The translations under genes and the position numbers were made by a program. A stretch of 36,395 nt of DNA from Candidatus Nanosyncoccus sp. (lineage in GTDB: Bacteria; Patescibacteriota; Saccharimonadia; Saccharimonadales; Saccharimonadaceae), in the NCBI GenBank assembly GCA_045576515.1, contig JAZNGO010000104.1:1-36395 (forward strand). The letters are read 5' to 3'. Below the pieces are notes generated by a model, which was not told where the DNA came from, ran no database searches, and worked only from the letters and a program-made list of their open reading frames with translations. Shown here in pieces: positions 27,210-36,149 of this stretch (positions within the stretch are counted from its first letter, which is position 1; each line of letters starts with the position of its first letter).

Positions 27210-28140
27210 TCTCCGAATGGAATTTCTCATGAATCTCTTTAAGATGCGCATCTGTTACATGGGTGTAGATTTGAGTGGTGGATATATCTGCATGCCCTAG
27301 CATAGATTGCACACTGCGCAAATCTGCACCGTTCATTAGTAGATCTGTAGCAAAAGAGTGTCTTAGCGTATGTGGTGACACATGCTTGGTAATACCGGCT
27401 AGCCGAGCGTATTTTTCCACTATCCGCTCCACACTCCGGGCTGTTATCCGCCGGTAATTACCAGAAGTATCTACTGCTTGGGTATTACGCGAGTTGTTCA
27501 AAAAAAGCGCTGGCAGGGAATCGTTCCTGGCGTCTAGGTAATCTTGCACTCTGTCGGCGGCAGACTGGCTTATAAACACCGGCCGGTCTTTACTACCTTT
27601 GCCTCGCACCATAAATTCCCGCCGCTCCAAGTTGATAGACCCACGGTCTAGCCCCACCAGCTCAGACACCCGTAGCCCCCCAGAGTATAGTAGTTCTACT
27701 ATGGCCCTATCGCGCAGGCCAGATTCAGTAGAAGTATCTATCTGTGCCAATATGTCCTCTACTTCATCAAAATGTAAAAAAGTCACTTGTTTGCGTATTA
27801 CATGTGGCAGCTCCACCAGCGATGGGTCTAGCGAGCGTATCTCGCGCCGAGTTAAGTATTTCAAAAATCCTCTTAGTGCTATTAGGTGGTATGCTTGGGT
27901 AATAGTCTTTAAATCGTCCCCGCCACTTTCCGAGCCGTATCTATTCAGCCGTAGCCGGTATTTGCGCAGTAGCTCTCTAGTAATATCGCTCGGTTTTATA
28001 TCGTCTTTATTTAGCACTTCCTGCGATATTTCCAAAAACCTTTCTAGATACAGCCGGTAGTTGTCTATGGTTTTTTTGCTACGCCCACTCTCTATCTCTA
28101 GGTGTTCCAAAAAATCTTCTATCAGGTCTGAAATATACAT
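27202..28140 (-). CDS. Xer-family tyrosine recombinase
   Basis: N-terminal SAM-like domain; catalytic GLRVSE, GKGSK, HTLRHSFAT, LGH, TTQIYTH. Confidence 0.93.
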   Translation of the reverse strand: MYISDLIEDFLEHLEIESGRSKKTIDNYRLYLERFLEISQEVLNKDDIKPSDITRELLRKYRLRLNRYGSESGGDDLKTITQAYHLIALRGFLKYLTRREIRSLDPSLVELPHVIRKQVTFLHFDEVEDILAQIDTSTESGLRDRAIVELLYSGGLRVSELVGLDRGSINLERREFMVRGKGSKDRPVFISQSAADRVQDYLDARNDSLPALFLNNSRNTQAVDTSGNYRRITARSVERIVEKYARLAGITKHVSPHTLRHSFATDLLMNGADLRSVQSMLGHADISTTQIYTHVTDAHLKEIHEKFHSETK

Positions 28141-28155
28141 AACTATATTATAGCA

Positions 28156-29349
28156 CTATCGGCAAAGCTTATAGGCATCGCGAATAATCATCACCTCTTC
28201 GTTGGTTGGCTCCACGTACACTGGCACTGTGGAATCTTCGGTGGTAATAATACCACTTGTTATTTCCTTGAAGCTGGCAATTGCATCATTTACTTCGTGA
28301 TTTATCTTAATACCTAGTGGCGCCAAGCCTTCAATGATAGACTGGCGAGTTTCCGCCCCGTTTTCCAGCACGCCCGCCGTAAACACTATAGCATCTACCT
28401 TGCCATCTAGCTCTAGATAGTACTCAGCAATGTATCTATCGATACGGTCTACATACATATCTAGCGCTAGGCGTGCGTCTTCATCCCCCTCTTGAATCGC
28501 TTTTTCTACATCTCGGTTGTCATTAAACCCACACACGCCCTTAAGCCCGGACTCTTTATTCAACGCCTCGTCAATTTTGTCATAGCTCATACCAGCTTCA
28601 TCTACCATATATTTAATAATAGATGGGTCAATAGAGCCAGACCTGGTCCCCATCATTAGGCCATCTAGTGGGGTAAGACCCATGGTGGTGTCATAGCTTT
28701 TGCTATCTTTCACCGCAGTAATGCTGGCGCCAGAGCCTACGTGGCACACTATCAAGTTCACCTTTTCTTTGCCTAGCTTTTTTTGCATGGTCTCGGTGAT
28801 GTACTTGTGGCTGGTCCCATGAAAGCCGTATTTTCTCACACCGTACTTCTTGTACCATTCCATTGGCACTGGGTACATAAACTGCACTTTTGGGATGGTC
28901 TGGTGAAATGCTGTGTCAAACACCGCCACCTGAGTAGCATTTGGCAAAGCTTTTTGCATAGCCTTTATCCCCGCAATATTGCCAGGGTGGTGCAAAGGCC
29001 CAAGTTTGGTTAAATCTTTAATGTCTTTTAGCACTTGCTCATCTATTACTACAGACTTTGCGTACTTTTCGCCACCATGCAGCACTCTATGCCCCACGCC
29101 ACGGATTTCATCCAAGTTTTTCACCGCGCCATAGTTAACCAATTCTTCAAGCATTATTTTTGCGGCTTCCGCATGGTCTTTGATAGGCTTTTTTACCTCA
29201 GTTTTCTTGCCTTCGTATTTAATAGTATAAAAACTATCTGCCGCCCCGATTTTTTCAACATAGCCACTTATAATAGATATTTCTGTTGGCATTTCGTAAA
29301 GCTGGAATTTCAAAGATGATGACCCAGCATTCACGCACAATATTTTCAT
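28156..29349 (-). CDS. ackA: Acetate kinase
   Basis: NAGSSSLK, GHRVLHGG, PLHHP, FDTAFH, YGFHGTSH, TPLDG, TNEE. Confidence 0.97.
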   Translation of the reverse strand: MKILCVNAGSSSLKFQLYEMPTEISIISGYVEKIGAADSFYTIKYEGKKTEVKKPIKDHAEAAKIMLEELVNYGAVKNLDEIRGVGHRVLHGGEKYAKSVVIDEQVLKDIKDLTKLGPLHHPGNIAGIKAMQKALPNATQVAVFDTAFHQTIPKVQFMYPVPMEWYKKYGVRKYGFHGTSHKYITETMQKKLGKEKVNLIVCHVGSGASITAVKDSKSYDTTMGLTPLDGLMMGTRSGSIDPSIIKYMVDEAGMSYDKIDEALNKESGLKGVCGFNDNRDVEKAIQEGDEDARLALDMYVDRIDRYIAEYYLELDGKVDAIVFTAGVLENGAETRQSIIEGLAPLGIKINHEVNDAIASFKEITSGIITTEDSTVPVYVEPTNEEVMIIRDAYKLCR

Positions 29350-29413
29350 TTTTTCTCCTTTTACTAATATATATTATACCATATTACAGATAGGGAACTA
29401 TAGCAATACAATT

Positions 29414-30139
29414 TTACAAAACTTTTTCCAAAAATTCTCGCACTCTAGGAGTCTTAGGGTGCTCAAAGAATTCACTCGGCGTGCCTTGCTCTATTATTTT
29501 GCCTTTATCTATAAATATTATGCGACTAGCTATTTCTTTGGCAAAACCCATCTCGTGGGTTACTATCATGGTGGTCATGCCAGCATCCGCTACTTCGCGA
29601 ATCAGCCCCAGCACATCGCCAATAGACTCTGGGTCTAGCGCCGAGGTAGGCTCGTCAAATAATAGCACCTTGGGCGACATCATCATAGCACGCACTATCG
29701 CTATGCGCTGCTTTTGCCCGCCAGACAAGCTAGCCGGGTAAGCATCGGCTTTATTAGACAAGCCAATGTGCCTTAGCAGCCCATGCGCCTTGCGCTCGGC
29801 CATTTCTTCATTCATAAGCTTTAGCGTTACGGGCGCTAGAGTTAAGTTTTTCATTACTGTAAGATTATTTATAAGGTTGAAATGCTGAAACACCATACCT
29901 ATATCTTGGCGCATTTTTTGGATATTCTTAGCCGTAATAGGCGTGCCATTAAAAGCTATCTCGCCCGAGGTAGGCTCCTCCATGCGGTTGATACAGCGCA
30001 AAAATGTAGACTTGCCCGAGCCACTCGGCCCCAGCACTACCACATCTTCACCCTCGCCTAGCTCAAAATCAATGCCTCGTAGCACCTTGTTGCTGCCGTA
30101 TTCTTTTTTTAGGTCTTTTATGGTAATTATTGGATTCAT
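29414..30139 (-). CDS. Polar amino-acid ABC transporter ATP-binding protein (GlnQ-like)
   Basis: GPSGSGKST, LSGGQKQR, FDEPTSALDPE, VTHEM. Confidence 0.93.
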   Translation of the reverse strand: MNPIITIKDLKKEYGSNKVLRGIDFELGEGEDVVVLGPSGSGKSTFLRCINRMEEPTSGEIAFNGTPITAKNIQKMRQDIGMVFQHFNLINNLTVMKNLTLAPVTLKLMNEEMAERKAHGLLRHIGLSNKADAYPASLSGGQKQRIAIVRAMMMSPKVLLFDEPTSALDPESIGDVLGLIREVADAGMTTMIVTHEMGFAKEIASRIIFIDKGKIIEQGTPSEFFEHPKTPRVREFLEKVL

Positions 30140-30846
30140 TATGCCTCTACTCCTCTTAAATCACTTTTGCGTAGGCGCTTTTCTATGCGCTTGATAATAA
30201 ATGTTATGAGATACACCACCGCCAGGTAGAACAGCGCTGCCACAAACATTGGCACTATATAGCTAGCCATGTTTTGGCCGGAGCCTATGTCTTTGGCCGC
30301 CATGTTGAGGTCGTACATGCCTACCATGCTTACTATGGCGGTCTCTTTTATTACCGTAATTATTTCATTACCCAGCGCCGGAATGATATTTTTGATAGCC
30401 TGTGGCGCTACTATCCGCCGAAACACTGTAAATCTAGATAGCCCCAGCGCCAGCCCAGCCTCAGTTTGCCCTATATCTACAGACTGTATGCCACTACGAA
30501 TCACCTCCGCCACATAAGCCGCAGAATTAAACCCAAACGCCAGCACCGCTATAATAATCTGCGGGAACCCGCGAATAGCAAATATCACAAAGAACATAAT
30601 AAACAGCTGCAATGCCATTGGCGTACCACGGATGATAGTAGTATATACCTTGCAGATAAATTTGGGTATTGCTATCCAGCCGGACTTTGGCGCCGTATCT
30701 ACTAGGGCAATAATAGTCCCCAGTATCAGCCCAATGATTATAGCAAAAAATGATATTTGCATGGTTAGCAAAAACCCATGCAAAAGGGAATCTATATATT
30801 GCGGTGTGGTAAATAGCTCCACTAGCTTGTCAAAAAAATTTTCCAT
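30139..30846 (-). CDS. Polar amino-acid ABC transporter permease (GlnP/HisM-like)
   Basis: RGTP, AAYVAEVIRSGI, GQTEA.LALG, PQA. Confidence 0.92.
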   Translation of the reverse strand: MENFFDKLVELFTTPQYIDSLLHGFLLTMQISFFAIIIGLILGTIIALVDTAPKSGWIAIPKFICKVYTTIIRGTPMALQLFIMFFVIFAIRGFPQIIIAVLAFGFNSAAYVAEVIRSGIQSVDIGQTEAGLALGLSRFTVFRRIVAPQAIKNIIPALGNEIITVIKETAIVSMVGMYDLNMAAKDIGSGQNMASYIVPMFVAALFYLAVVYLITFIIKRIEKRLRKSDLRGVEA

Positions 30847-31730
30847 TAGGTGGTCTCCTCCTGGGCTAAGCCCATATATTTTAATATTAATTTATCTATT
30901 TCTGTTTTGCCATTTTCGTCGGGCTGCAGCATCTCGGTAAGCACCTCGTTGAAAGCATTTAGTAGCTCCGGTAGCTGCTTATTCACCGCTATAGCATAAG
31001 ATTCCTCTACTGGGTAATCTTCTTCTATATTAGCACCTTGGTAATATAGCGGCATAGCAGCCAAATTGGGATTTTTCTCTACAATAAAATCTGCCGCCAG
31101 CTGGTCGGCGATAGCGTAATCTATAATATGTGCACCAATAGCATCTGCGGTAAGCTGGTGCGAGTCAAAACCTTTTACCGTAGTGCCGGTACCGTGTAGC
31201 ACCCCAGTCTCCGCCTCATCAGACATAAACAAATATCCAGTACTACCCATTTGCGAACCAAGAGTTTTTCCAGCGAGAGCTTCCCACACTATGTGGTCGC
31301 CACGAGTCTCTGGCGCTCGGTCTTTATCGAATATTACATACTGCACCGATGTGTAGTAGGGAATACTAAAATCCACCTTCTCGGCGCGCGCCGGAGTGAT
31401 AGTGAGCCCCGCCGCCCCCGCATCTGCTATTACTCCACTAGCAACATTATCTATAATCAGGTCAAATTCTACATTTTTTATATCTATGCGAGCATTTAGC
31501 TTTTCGGCCACTTTGTTGATAATATCCACATCCACCCCCACTATTTGGCGATTTTCGTAGTATTCAAACGGCGCAAAAAAAGCATTGGTTTCTACTATAT
31601 AGTCATAAGATTCTATACTTTGCACAAAGAAATACGTGCTAATGCCCAGTACGGCAAGCACCAGCAGTACAATACCAGTACGAACAGAGAATATCTTTCG
31701 CCAGACACTGTGCTTAGACCTTTTTGTCAT
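30846..31730 (-). CDS. Amino-acid ABC transporter substrate-binding protein (family 3)
   Basis: N-terminal anchor; FAPFEY, GVDVDI, TITPARAEKVDFSIPYY. Confidence 0.9.
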   Translation of the reverse strand: MTKRSKHSVWRKIFSVRTGIVLLVLAVLGISTYFFVQSIESYDYIVETNAFFAPFEYYENRQIVGVDVDIINKVAEKLNARIDIKNVEFDLIIDNVASGVIADAGAAGLTITPARAEKVDFSIPYYTSVQYVIFDKDRAPETRGDHIVWEALAGKTLGSQMGSTGYLFMSDEAETGVLHGTGTTVKGFDSHQLTADAIGAHIIDYAIADQLAADFIVEKNPNLAAMPLYYQGANIEEDYPVEESYAIAVNKQLPELLNAFNEVLTEMLQPDENGKTEIDKLILKYMGLAQEETT

Positions 31731-31787
31731 AAGCTAATTATAGCACAAATTTAGCTTGCGGGACGCAGAGAATTGTGCAAACAGCGG

Positions 31788-31816
31788 TTGACATTTTTAA
31801 GCATATGTGGTACAAT
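31788..31816 (+). promoter_or_regulatory. Near-consensus sigma70 promoter
   Basis: TTGACA-17 nt-TACAAT with TG extension. Confidence 0.8.
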
Positions 31817-31978
31817 AGATAAGGTTGGCGATAAAGGCCAGCCACCAGCACCTTAATAAGGGATTTTTAGTTATTGTCTTAGACCCACCTTGTGGCTCGC
31901 CCTGGCTATATACCATATATACAGGTAGCTAGAGCGAGCTACAAGCTCAAATAAACTTTTTTGGAGGCTATTTAATTT

Positions 31979-32515
31979 ATGACAAAAAAGACAACAGAAA
32001 CCACAATCGCATACGCAGGAAAAGCTGCCAGACTTCTGGCCGACTTCGACATGGTGGATTGCGCCGAAGCTGAAGCAATAGTATACTACAGGTGCAATTC
32101 GGCCAAGCGAATCGTAGACAGGAGTACAATTGTTACTCCTGAGATGGCCAGATACTGGAAATATTCCGACTGGCTGTACTTCGTGGAGAGTGCCGAGGAG
32201 CACTACCGCGACATCTCACGACTCTCGCTAGATGAAGTGGCATCAGTAGCGATTCGCTTTAAGATGAACTCAGGTTCCTTGGGCATCTTCAGCGTGGAAA
32301 ATACAAACCTCGCCAAAGTAGACGGCTTCGATAGGTTTCTGAGTTCAACTCCGCGTACGGGCAAGAATCATGAAATATTCTACGAGAAGTCGGACCGCAC
32401 CAAAATTGAGGACGCTCACGATGCTTTGGGAGTAGTTATCAATATGGGTGTTGGCAACCTCCGGCCGGTCGATTCCGGCCTCCCCTACATCTGTACGCAC
32501 GATGACAACGGCTAA
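31979..32515 (+). CDS. Hypothetical protein (178 aa)
   Basis: SD GGAGG, own promoter and terminator; no motif recognised. Confidence 0.7.
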   Translation: MTKKTTETTIAYAGKAARLLADFDMVDCAEAEAIVYYRCNSAKRIVDRSTIVTPEMARYWKYSDWLYFVESAEEHYRDISRLSLDEVASVAIRFKMNSGSLGIFSVENTNLAKVDGFDRFLSSTPRTGKNHEIFYEKSDRTKIEDAHDALGVVINMGVGNLRPVDSGLPYICTHDDNG

Positions 32516-32537
32516 TGGCATCAGCTAATCCCCCCAT

Positions 32538-32561
32538 AGGGCCCACACCGGGCCCTTTTTT
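32538..32561 (+). terminator. Intrinsic terminator
   Basis: AGGGCCC-acacc-GGGCCCT followed by a T-run. Confidence 0.8.
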
Positions 32562-32607
32562 CATCTTCGTCATGGCGACAACGTCAGATAACATTATTGC
32601 ATAATTT

Positions 32608-32798
32608 GCTGGCTTCAACGAGCTGTCTTAAGAATTCATCACAAAAATGGTGACTCCGGTGCGAGTCGCACCGCTAGGTTCGACGAGCCCTAGAATGTGC
32701 CTCATAAAAAAATGGTGACTCCGGTGCGAGTCGCACCGTTAGGTTCGACGAGCCACCCGAAGAACTTAGCACAAAAATGGTGACTCCGGTGCGAGTCG
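32608..32798 (-). repeat. 65-bp-period array containing the tRNA-Arg 3' end
   Basis: 47-bp units at 32643-32689 and 32708-32754 (46/47 identical) with 18-bp variable spacers. The tRNA end at 32773-32798 and a decayed part-unit at 32608-32624 are in the same register. Confidence 0.9.
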
Positions 32799-32853
32799 AA
32801 CGCACAACCTTTTCCTTAGGACGGAATTGCTCTATCCATTGAGCTACGGAGCC
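32778..32853 (-). tRNA. tRNA-Arg (anticodon CCU)
   Basis: 76-nt cloverleaf GGCTCCG...TTCC-GTCCTAA-GGAA...GTGCG-TTCGACT-CGCAC-CGGAGTC-A-CCA. Confidence 0.9.
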
Positions 32854-32878
32854 ACAATATATGTGCTATAATTATATC

Positions 32879-33892
32879 ATGAAACTGTTACCAAAGAAAG
32901 ATAGCAAAAAAACAGAAAAAGAAAGCGTAGAAGAGCGCCGCGAAGAAGTACTAGCCGCGGGCCGCAAGTTTAAGTACCCCTTGCAGTGGACTCGCCACCG
33001 CATAGTGGTAAACACTATCCTTATCGCCTTAGTTGCATTCGCGCTTATTGTTGTGGGCGGGTGGCTCGCACTTTACCGCATTGGCATGACCAGCGACTTG
33101 CTTTTTAATGTTACCAAAGTATTGCCACTCCCTGTAGCCTCGGTAGATGGCGAAAATGCTAGATTTTCCGACTACCTCATGTTCTATCGTAGTAGCATGA
33201 CTTCTATCGAACGGCAGTCTGGTAGCCAGTTTGATGAGTCTTCTTTTGAGGCCTTACGTAGCGAATACAAAAAAGCCGCGCTTACCGAAGCCGAGCAGTA
33301 TGCTTATGCCACCAAGCTAGCCAGGGAACTAGGTATCACCGTATCAGACGAAGAGGTCGCCAAAGAGTTTGACCGCCACCTCAAAATCGGCGGCATAGAC
33401 CGTAGCGAAGAAGGCTTTATCAAGATTATTGAAGACAATTTCGGTCTCAGCAAAAGCGAATACGAGCGCATGCTTTACCTCACTCTTACCAAGGCCAAAG
33501 TAGAAATAGCTATAGATGACAACGCCAACCAAATCACCGCCAAGGTAGAGTCCTTACTTGCCGCAAATGGCAACGATTATCAAAATGTCGCCGAACAGCT
33601 TGGTAGTGAAATCATCTACGAAGAAACCGGCGGCATGGTAGACAGCAAAAATATCGATGGCGGCCGCGCCTCCGAGGCTATGAAGCTAGAGCCTGGGCAG
33701 AGTAGCGGTAAATTTATCTCCATGAATGGCGATGGGTATTATTTCGTAAAGCTTATCAAAAAAACCGACACCGAAGTGAACTTCGTATCCATCAAAGTAC
33801 CATTTACCGAATTCACGCGTAGATTTGATGCCCTAGAAGCAGACGGCAAAATCACCGCCTATATAGACATCCCCAGTGCAGACGCAGAATAG
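32879..33892 (+). CDS. SurA N-terminal/PrsA-like foldase
   Basis: TM helix, VASVDGE, A.ELGITVSDEEV, degenerate parvulin-like region (GG, LEPGQSS, GYYFVK). Confidence 0.7.
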   Translation: MKLLPKKDSKKTEKESVEERREEVLAAGRKFKYPLQWTRHRIVVNTILIALVAFALIVVGGWLALYRIGMTSDLLFNVTKVLPLPVASVDGENARFSDYLMFYRSSMTSIERQSGSQFDESSFEALRSEYKKAALTEAEQYAYATKLARELGITVSDEEVAKEFDRHLKIGGIDRSEEGFIKIIEDNFGLSKSEYERMLYLTLTKAKVEIAIDDNANQITAKVESLLAANGNDYQNVAEQLGSEIIYEETGGMVDSKNIDGGRASEAMKLEPGQSSGKFISMNGDGYYFVKLIKKTDTEVNFVSIKVPFTEFTRRFDALEADGKITAYIDIPSADAE

Positions 33893-33939
33893 CCTGCGCC
33901 CATAGCTCCCATAGCTCATAGCACTACCTAGGCCTAGCT

Positions 33940-34464
33940 CTAAGAATCGTAGAATTTTTGCCCAGCATCCGTAGTGAGGCGTTTGGTTTTGGGGTAATTA
34001 AATATCTCGGACTTACCAGCATTTTTCTCTAGGTAATCTACAAACTCTTTTGCATACCACTTGGCCATATCTAGATTGTGCATCAAGTAATTTCCACAGT
34101 TTACGGGCGTAGCGCCTGGCACATCTTCGGCCCCGGCCACAGCCCTAAAAGCATCTAGTACTAGCTGGTAAATCTCCTCAGGCGAGCGCTCGCCTTTTAG
34201 TATCAAGTAAAACCCAGTCAAACACCCCATCGGCCCCCAGTAGATAATATCATCTTTCCAGTCTGGGTCGTTTCTAAGATATGTAGCGATAATATGCTCC
34301 AAAGAATGCATTGCCGCTACATCTACCACCGGCTCACGATTGGGCCTTTTTAGCCGTATATCGTAGGTAGTCACCCCCTCCTTGCCGAGCTTGTCTTTGC
34401 GACTTACAAATATCCCCGGCACAATAGCCGTGTGGTCTACAGAAAAACTTTCTATCAAATCCAT
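33940..34464 (-). CDS. luxS: S-ribosylhomocysteine lyase (AI-2 synthase)
   Basis: IESFSVDH, DIR..RPN, HSLEH, GPMGCLTGFY, VPGA...CGNY..H; SD GGAGG before ATG 34464. Confidence 0.95.
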   Translation of the reverse strand: MDLIESFSVDHTAIVPGIFVSRKDKLGKEGVTTYDIRLKRPNREPVVDVAAMHSLEHIIATYLRNDPDWKDDIIYWGPMGCLTGFYLILKGERSPEEIYQLVLDAFRAVAGAEDVPGATPVNCGNYLMHNLDMAKWYAKEFVDYLEKNAGKSEIFNYPKTKRLTTDAGQKFYDS

Positions 34465-34532
34465 CTTTACCTCCTTATATAACTCATATTTTATCACAAA
34501 GCATGCCTAGCACCAACTAGACTTTTTTGCTA

Positions 34533-34838
34533 TTATAGTTCCTCAAACCCCGACTCTATATATTCTTTCGCCTGCTCAGGGTGCTCTCTTAGAGTAATCA
34601 TAAAATTATACACCCCTATACCATCCAGCTTTGGGTTGAGCTCAAATATCTGCTTTGCAGTGTATCCTTCTATAGCGATGGGGTTTGGTTTATCGTAATT
34701 ACGCTTTTCTAGCCAATAGCAAAACTCATCATAAATATCATCGTATTTTTGGATTTTATCCATCACCATAAACATCAGACCTCCGGTGATTTTTCGCTCT
34801 GTCACCAAATATTTTTCTAACATCGCTTGCTTATTCAT
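34533..34838 (-). CDS. Hypothetical protein (101 aa)
   Basis: 4-nt overlap with the upstream stop; SD GGAGGAGG. Confidence 0.75.
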   Translation of the reverse strand: MNKQAMLEKYLVTERKITGGLMFMVMDKIQKYDDIYDEFCYWLEKRNYDKPNPIAIEGYTAKQIFELNPKLDGIGVYNFMITLREHPEQAKEYIESGFEEL

Positions 34839-35908
34839 TTATTCCTCCTCCCAAATAATCTTTTGAATACATTTGATAGCTTATTGTATTCCTTATATTC
34901 TTGCCGCGCAACCTTAAGCAGGGCCAAATCTATGCCGTCTTCAGCCGTATACGGATCGTAATCTCCATTTAGGTACTCCATATACTTATCATTCAGCTCA
35001 AAAAGCACATCTGGGTGTTTTCTTAGAAAAGCTTTACTATACATACTACTTACAGAGTCCCCTATGTTCTTAGCTTCCTTTTCTACCAATTGATTACGAT
35101 ACGCATAGTAATCCATAGAGGCGCTATAATAATTATCAAAATTATACTTATAGTCAGGGTTATCTTTTTCGCTTTGGTATTGATACGCATGCCATATTTC
35201 ATGCGCCACAGTGCCTATTATGCCCGCCACGGACCTATCCCTACCAACGAAAACCGTTACTGTATCCAACCTATCATTATATGTTCCCCATGTTACATGC
35301 TCTTCATCATCCTCAATATCATGAATCACCTCAAGCTCTGGAGTATTTAAAACGCCAAACTTCTCCACAAAAAAATTCATTATTCTGTATACATTTTCCT
35401 TTGTTAATTTTCTGTGCTCAAATCCAACCCCTATTTCCAAAAGCTCATTTATACTGCTATTCACTTGCTCAATAAAAGGCTGGGTTGCGCCTTGAATCTT
35501 TTCATCTGCAGGTGCATATATTTCAGTATGGCTATCTGCAAATTCATCAATCTCTTGTTTTCTAAAAGATAGGTATTCAGCACTCTGGTAAAAATCTTTA
35601 TCCTCAAATATTAGCGCTAACTCTTCGTGAGTTGGCTTATAACTTCCGCTTAAATAGCCAATATGCATCTGCCGAATTTCTTCTATAGTGGGTTGTTTTT
35701 CAAGCTCTGGCTCGGGCACATTATCATCCTCAGGCTCTTCATCCGGCGCTATTGTTTCGGCTCCAGCTACAACCGATTCGTCATCTACCTCGCCGCCAGA
35801 ACCTGTTCCGCCTCCCCACTCTACTCCACTCATATCCCACTGGCCATCAGCCTCTTGTGCTGGGGGTGTATTATTTTCTTCACTAAGCACAGGTTCCTTG
35901 TTATTCAT
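34835..35908 (-). CDS. Hypothetical protein with acidic N-terminus and HExxH zinc-metallopeptidase motif
   Basis: TVAHEIWHAYQ with downstream E.EA motif (QLVEKEA). Confidence 0.65.
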   Translation of the reverse strand: MNNKEPVLSEENNTPPAQEADGQWDMSGVEWGGGTGSGGEVDDESVVAGAETIAPDEEPEDDNVPEPELEKQPTIEEIRQMHIGYLSGSYKPTHEELALIFEDKDFYQSAEYLSFRKQEIDEFADSHTEIYAPADEKIQGATQPFIEQVNSSINELLEIGVGFEHRKLTKENVYRIMNFFVEKFGVLNTPELEVIHDIEDDEEHVTWGTYNDRLDTVTVFVGRDRSVAGIIGTVAHEIWHAYQYQSEKDNPDYKYNFDNYYSASMDYYAYRNQLVEKEAKNIGDSVSSMYSKAFLRKHPDVLFELNDKYMEYLNGDYDPYTAEDGIDLALLKVARQEYKEYNKLSNVFKRLFGRRNK

Positions 35909-36149
35909 ATTACCTCAATATATATCATTATATCACGCATCCAGTACTCTTGCTAGCAGGGCAGTAGTAATAGCAGTTATTCACATCACCCTATTCCAAA
36001 TAGCCCAGGCCGTAAAAAGCTGCATGAACCATGCGATTATGCGAAAAATCCCATTGTATTTAAATATAAGCATGATACAATTATAAATAACATATGGCTA
36101 TACATGGCCATTTGGGAGTAATATAAACTAATAATATAGAAAGGACAAC

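Noticed and set aside
27202..28140. Prophage or island integrase
   Set aside because: Size and motifs fit a chromosomal Xer; no phage genes or flanking att pair nearby.
32575..32607. dif-like site or end of the structured element (CATTATTGCATAATT)
   Set aside because: The match is short and AT-rich, with no partner arm or second end.
32643..32798. CRISPR array call for the tRNA-Arg repeats
   Set aside because: The repeat derives from the tRNA 3' end, spacers are only 18 nt, there are two full units, and no cas genes are in the window.
33901..33923. CATAGCT short repeats between convergent genes
   Set aside because: Too short and consistent with the local TAGC/CTAG-rich composition.
132..36086. 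Numerous short overlapping or antisense ORFs in the six-frame track
   Set aside because: They lie within or opposite well-supported genes and lack motifs or start signals.
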